DNA of 38,986 bases from an uncultured Opitutales bacterium (lineage in GTDB: Bacteria > Verrucomicrobiota > Verrucomicrobiia > Opitutales > UBA9783). The stretch is from contig CAZOPT010000004.1 of NCBI GenBank assembly GCA_964582055.1, positions 1 through 38,986 on the forward strand, given 5' to 3'. The notes under the pieces are model-generated. The model was not told where the DNA came from. It saw only the letters and a list, made by a program, of their open reading frames with translations, and did not search any database. Both the position numbers and the translations under genes were made by a program. Shown in pieces: positions 38,603 to 38,986 of this stretch (the stretch's first letter is position 1; each line of letters starts with the position of its first letter).

Positions 38603-38986
38603 TTACTTACCTTCTACATAGTTTACGCAATTATCATACCACTGTTTAAAGAATTGATAATTAGGTTCTCCTGTTTCAAGACGCATAGCAACTCCTTGAG
38701 GAACACGTGTAAAATCTGTAAACTCAGGTTCCGGAAAATTCTGTAATCTGAGCGCAGATATTAAATATCGAATACATTTAGGGAAATAACCATATTTATT
38801 ATTCTCATCCCAGTCAGGTGATAAATCTACATTTTCTCCCCCAACTGATTTCATTTTTAAATTTCCACAAAGATTATCTAAAACATTAGAGTAAAAACTA
38901 AGATCAAGGGCAGCAATAACTTCGTCTATAGAATACCCTTCTATGTAAATCTGCAATTCTTCAACAGCTCGTGAACAAAATGTATT
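38603..38986 (-). CDS. Hypothetical protein, 5'-truncated by the window edge
   Basis: The frame of ORF 38603..38956 stays open to position 38986 (NTFCSRAVEELQIYIE...). No motif recognised. Confidence 0.55.
   Translation of the reverse strand, partial: NTFCSRAVEELQIYIEGYSIDEVIAALDLSFYSNVLDNLCGNLKMKSVGGENVDLSPDWDENNKYGYFPKCIRYLISALRLQNFPEPEFTDFTRVPQGVAMRLETGEPNYQFFKQWYDNCVNYVEGK

Noticed and set aside
1-38986. Alternative genetic code (TGA or TAG reassignment)
   Set aside because: Conserved genes are full length in code 11 and end properly at TGA (tgt, clpX, smpB) and TAG (rpoZ, ruvB).

Overview
AT-rich (roughly one-third G+C by eye), gene-dense bacterial chromosome segment using standard code 11. 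TAA, TAG and TGA all end conserved genes, and most genes lie on the minus strand. The content is mainly housekeeping: tig-clpP-clpX-rsmE, nusA-infB-rbfA, alaS, ruvB, HU-rpoZ-smpB-trmL, tgt, tsaE, ogt, xth, pgi, pgm, glgA, split pnt, PTS EI and HPr, tRNA-Ser(GCT) and tRNA-Glu(CTC). Protein style (eukaryote-type UDP-sugar pyrophosphorylase, Pro-rich IF2 N-terminus, no rimP before nusA, long inserts in Pgm and ClpX) suggests a PVC-superphylum organism, probably Verrucomicrobiota/Opitutales and possibly host-associated; this is inference. I found no mobile element, CRISPR array or rRNA, and I cannot support a complete novel multi-gene system. The best leads are: (i) an uncalled 53-aa lipoprotein coupled between pgi and xth; (ii) a sodium:solute symporter fused to an apparently ATP-binding-degenerate histidine kinase; (iii) a TGT with a GGSLG queuine-salvage-type pocket; (iv) an orphan OleC; (v) repeated leaderless-type promoter geometry; (vi) a small exported-protein gene interrupted by one in-frame TAG.
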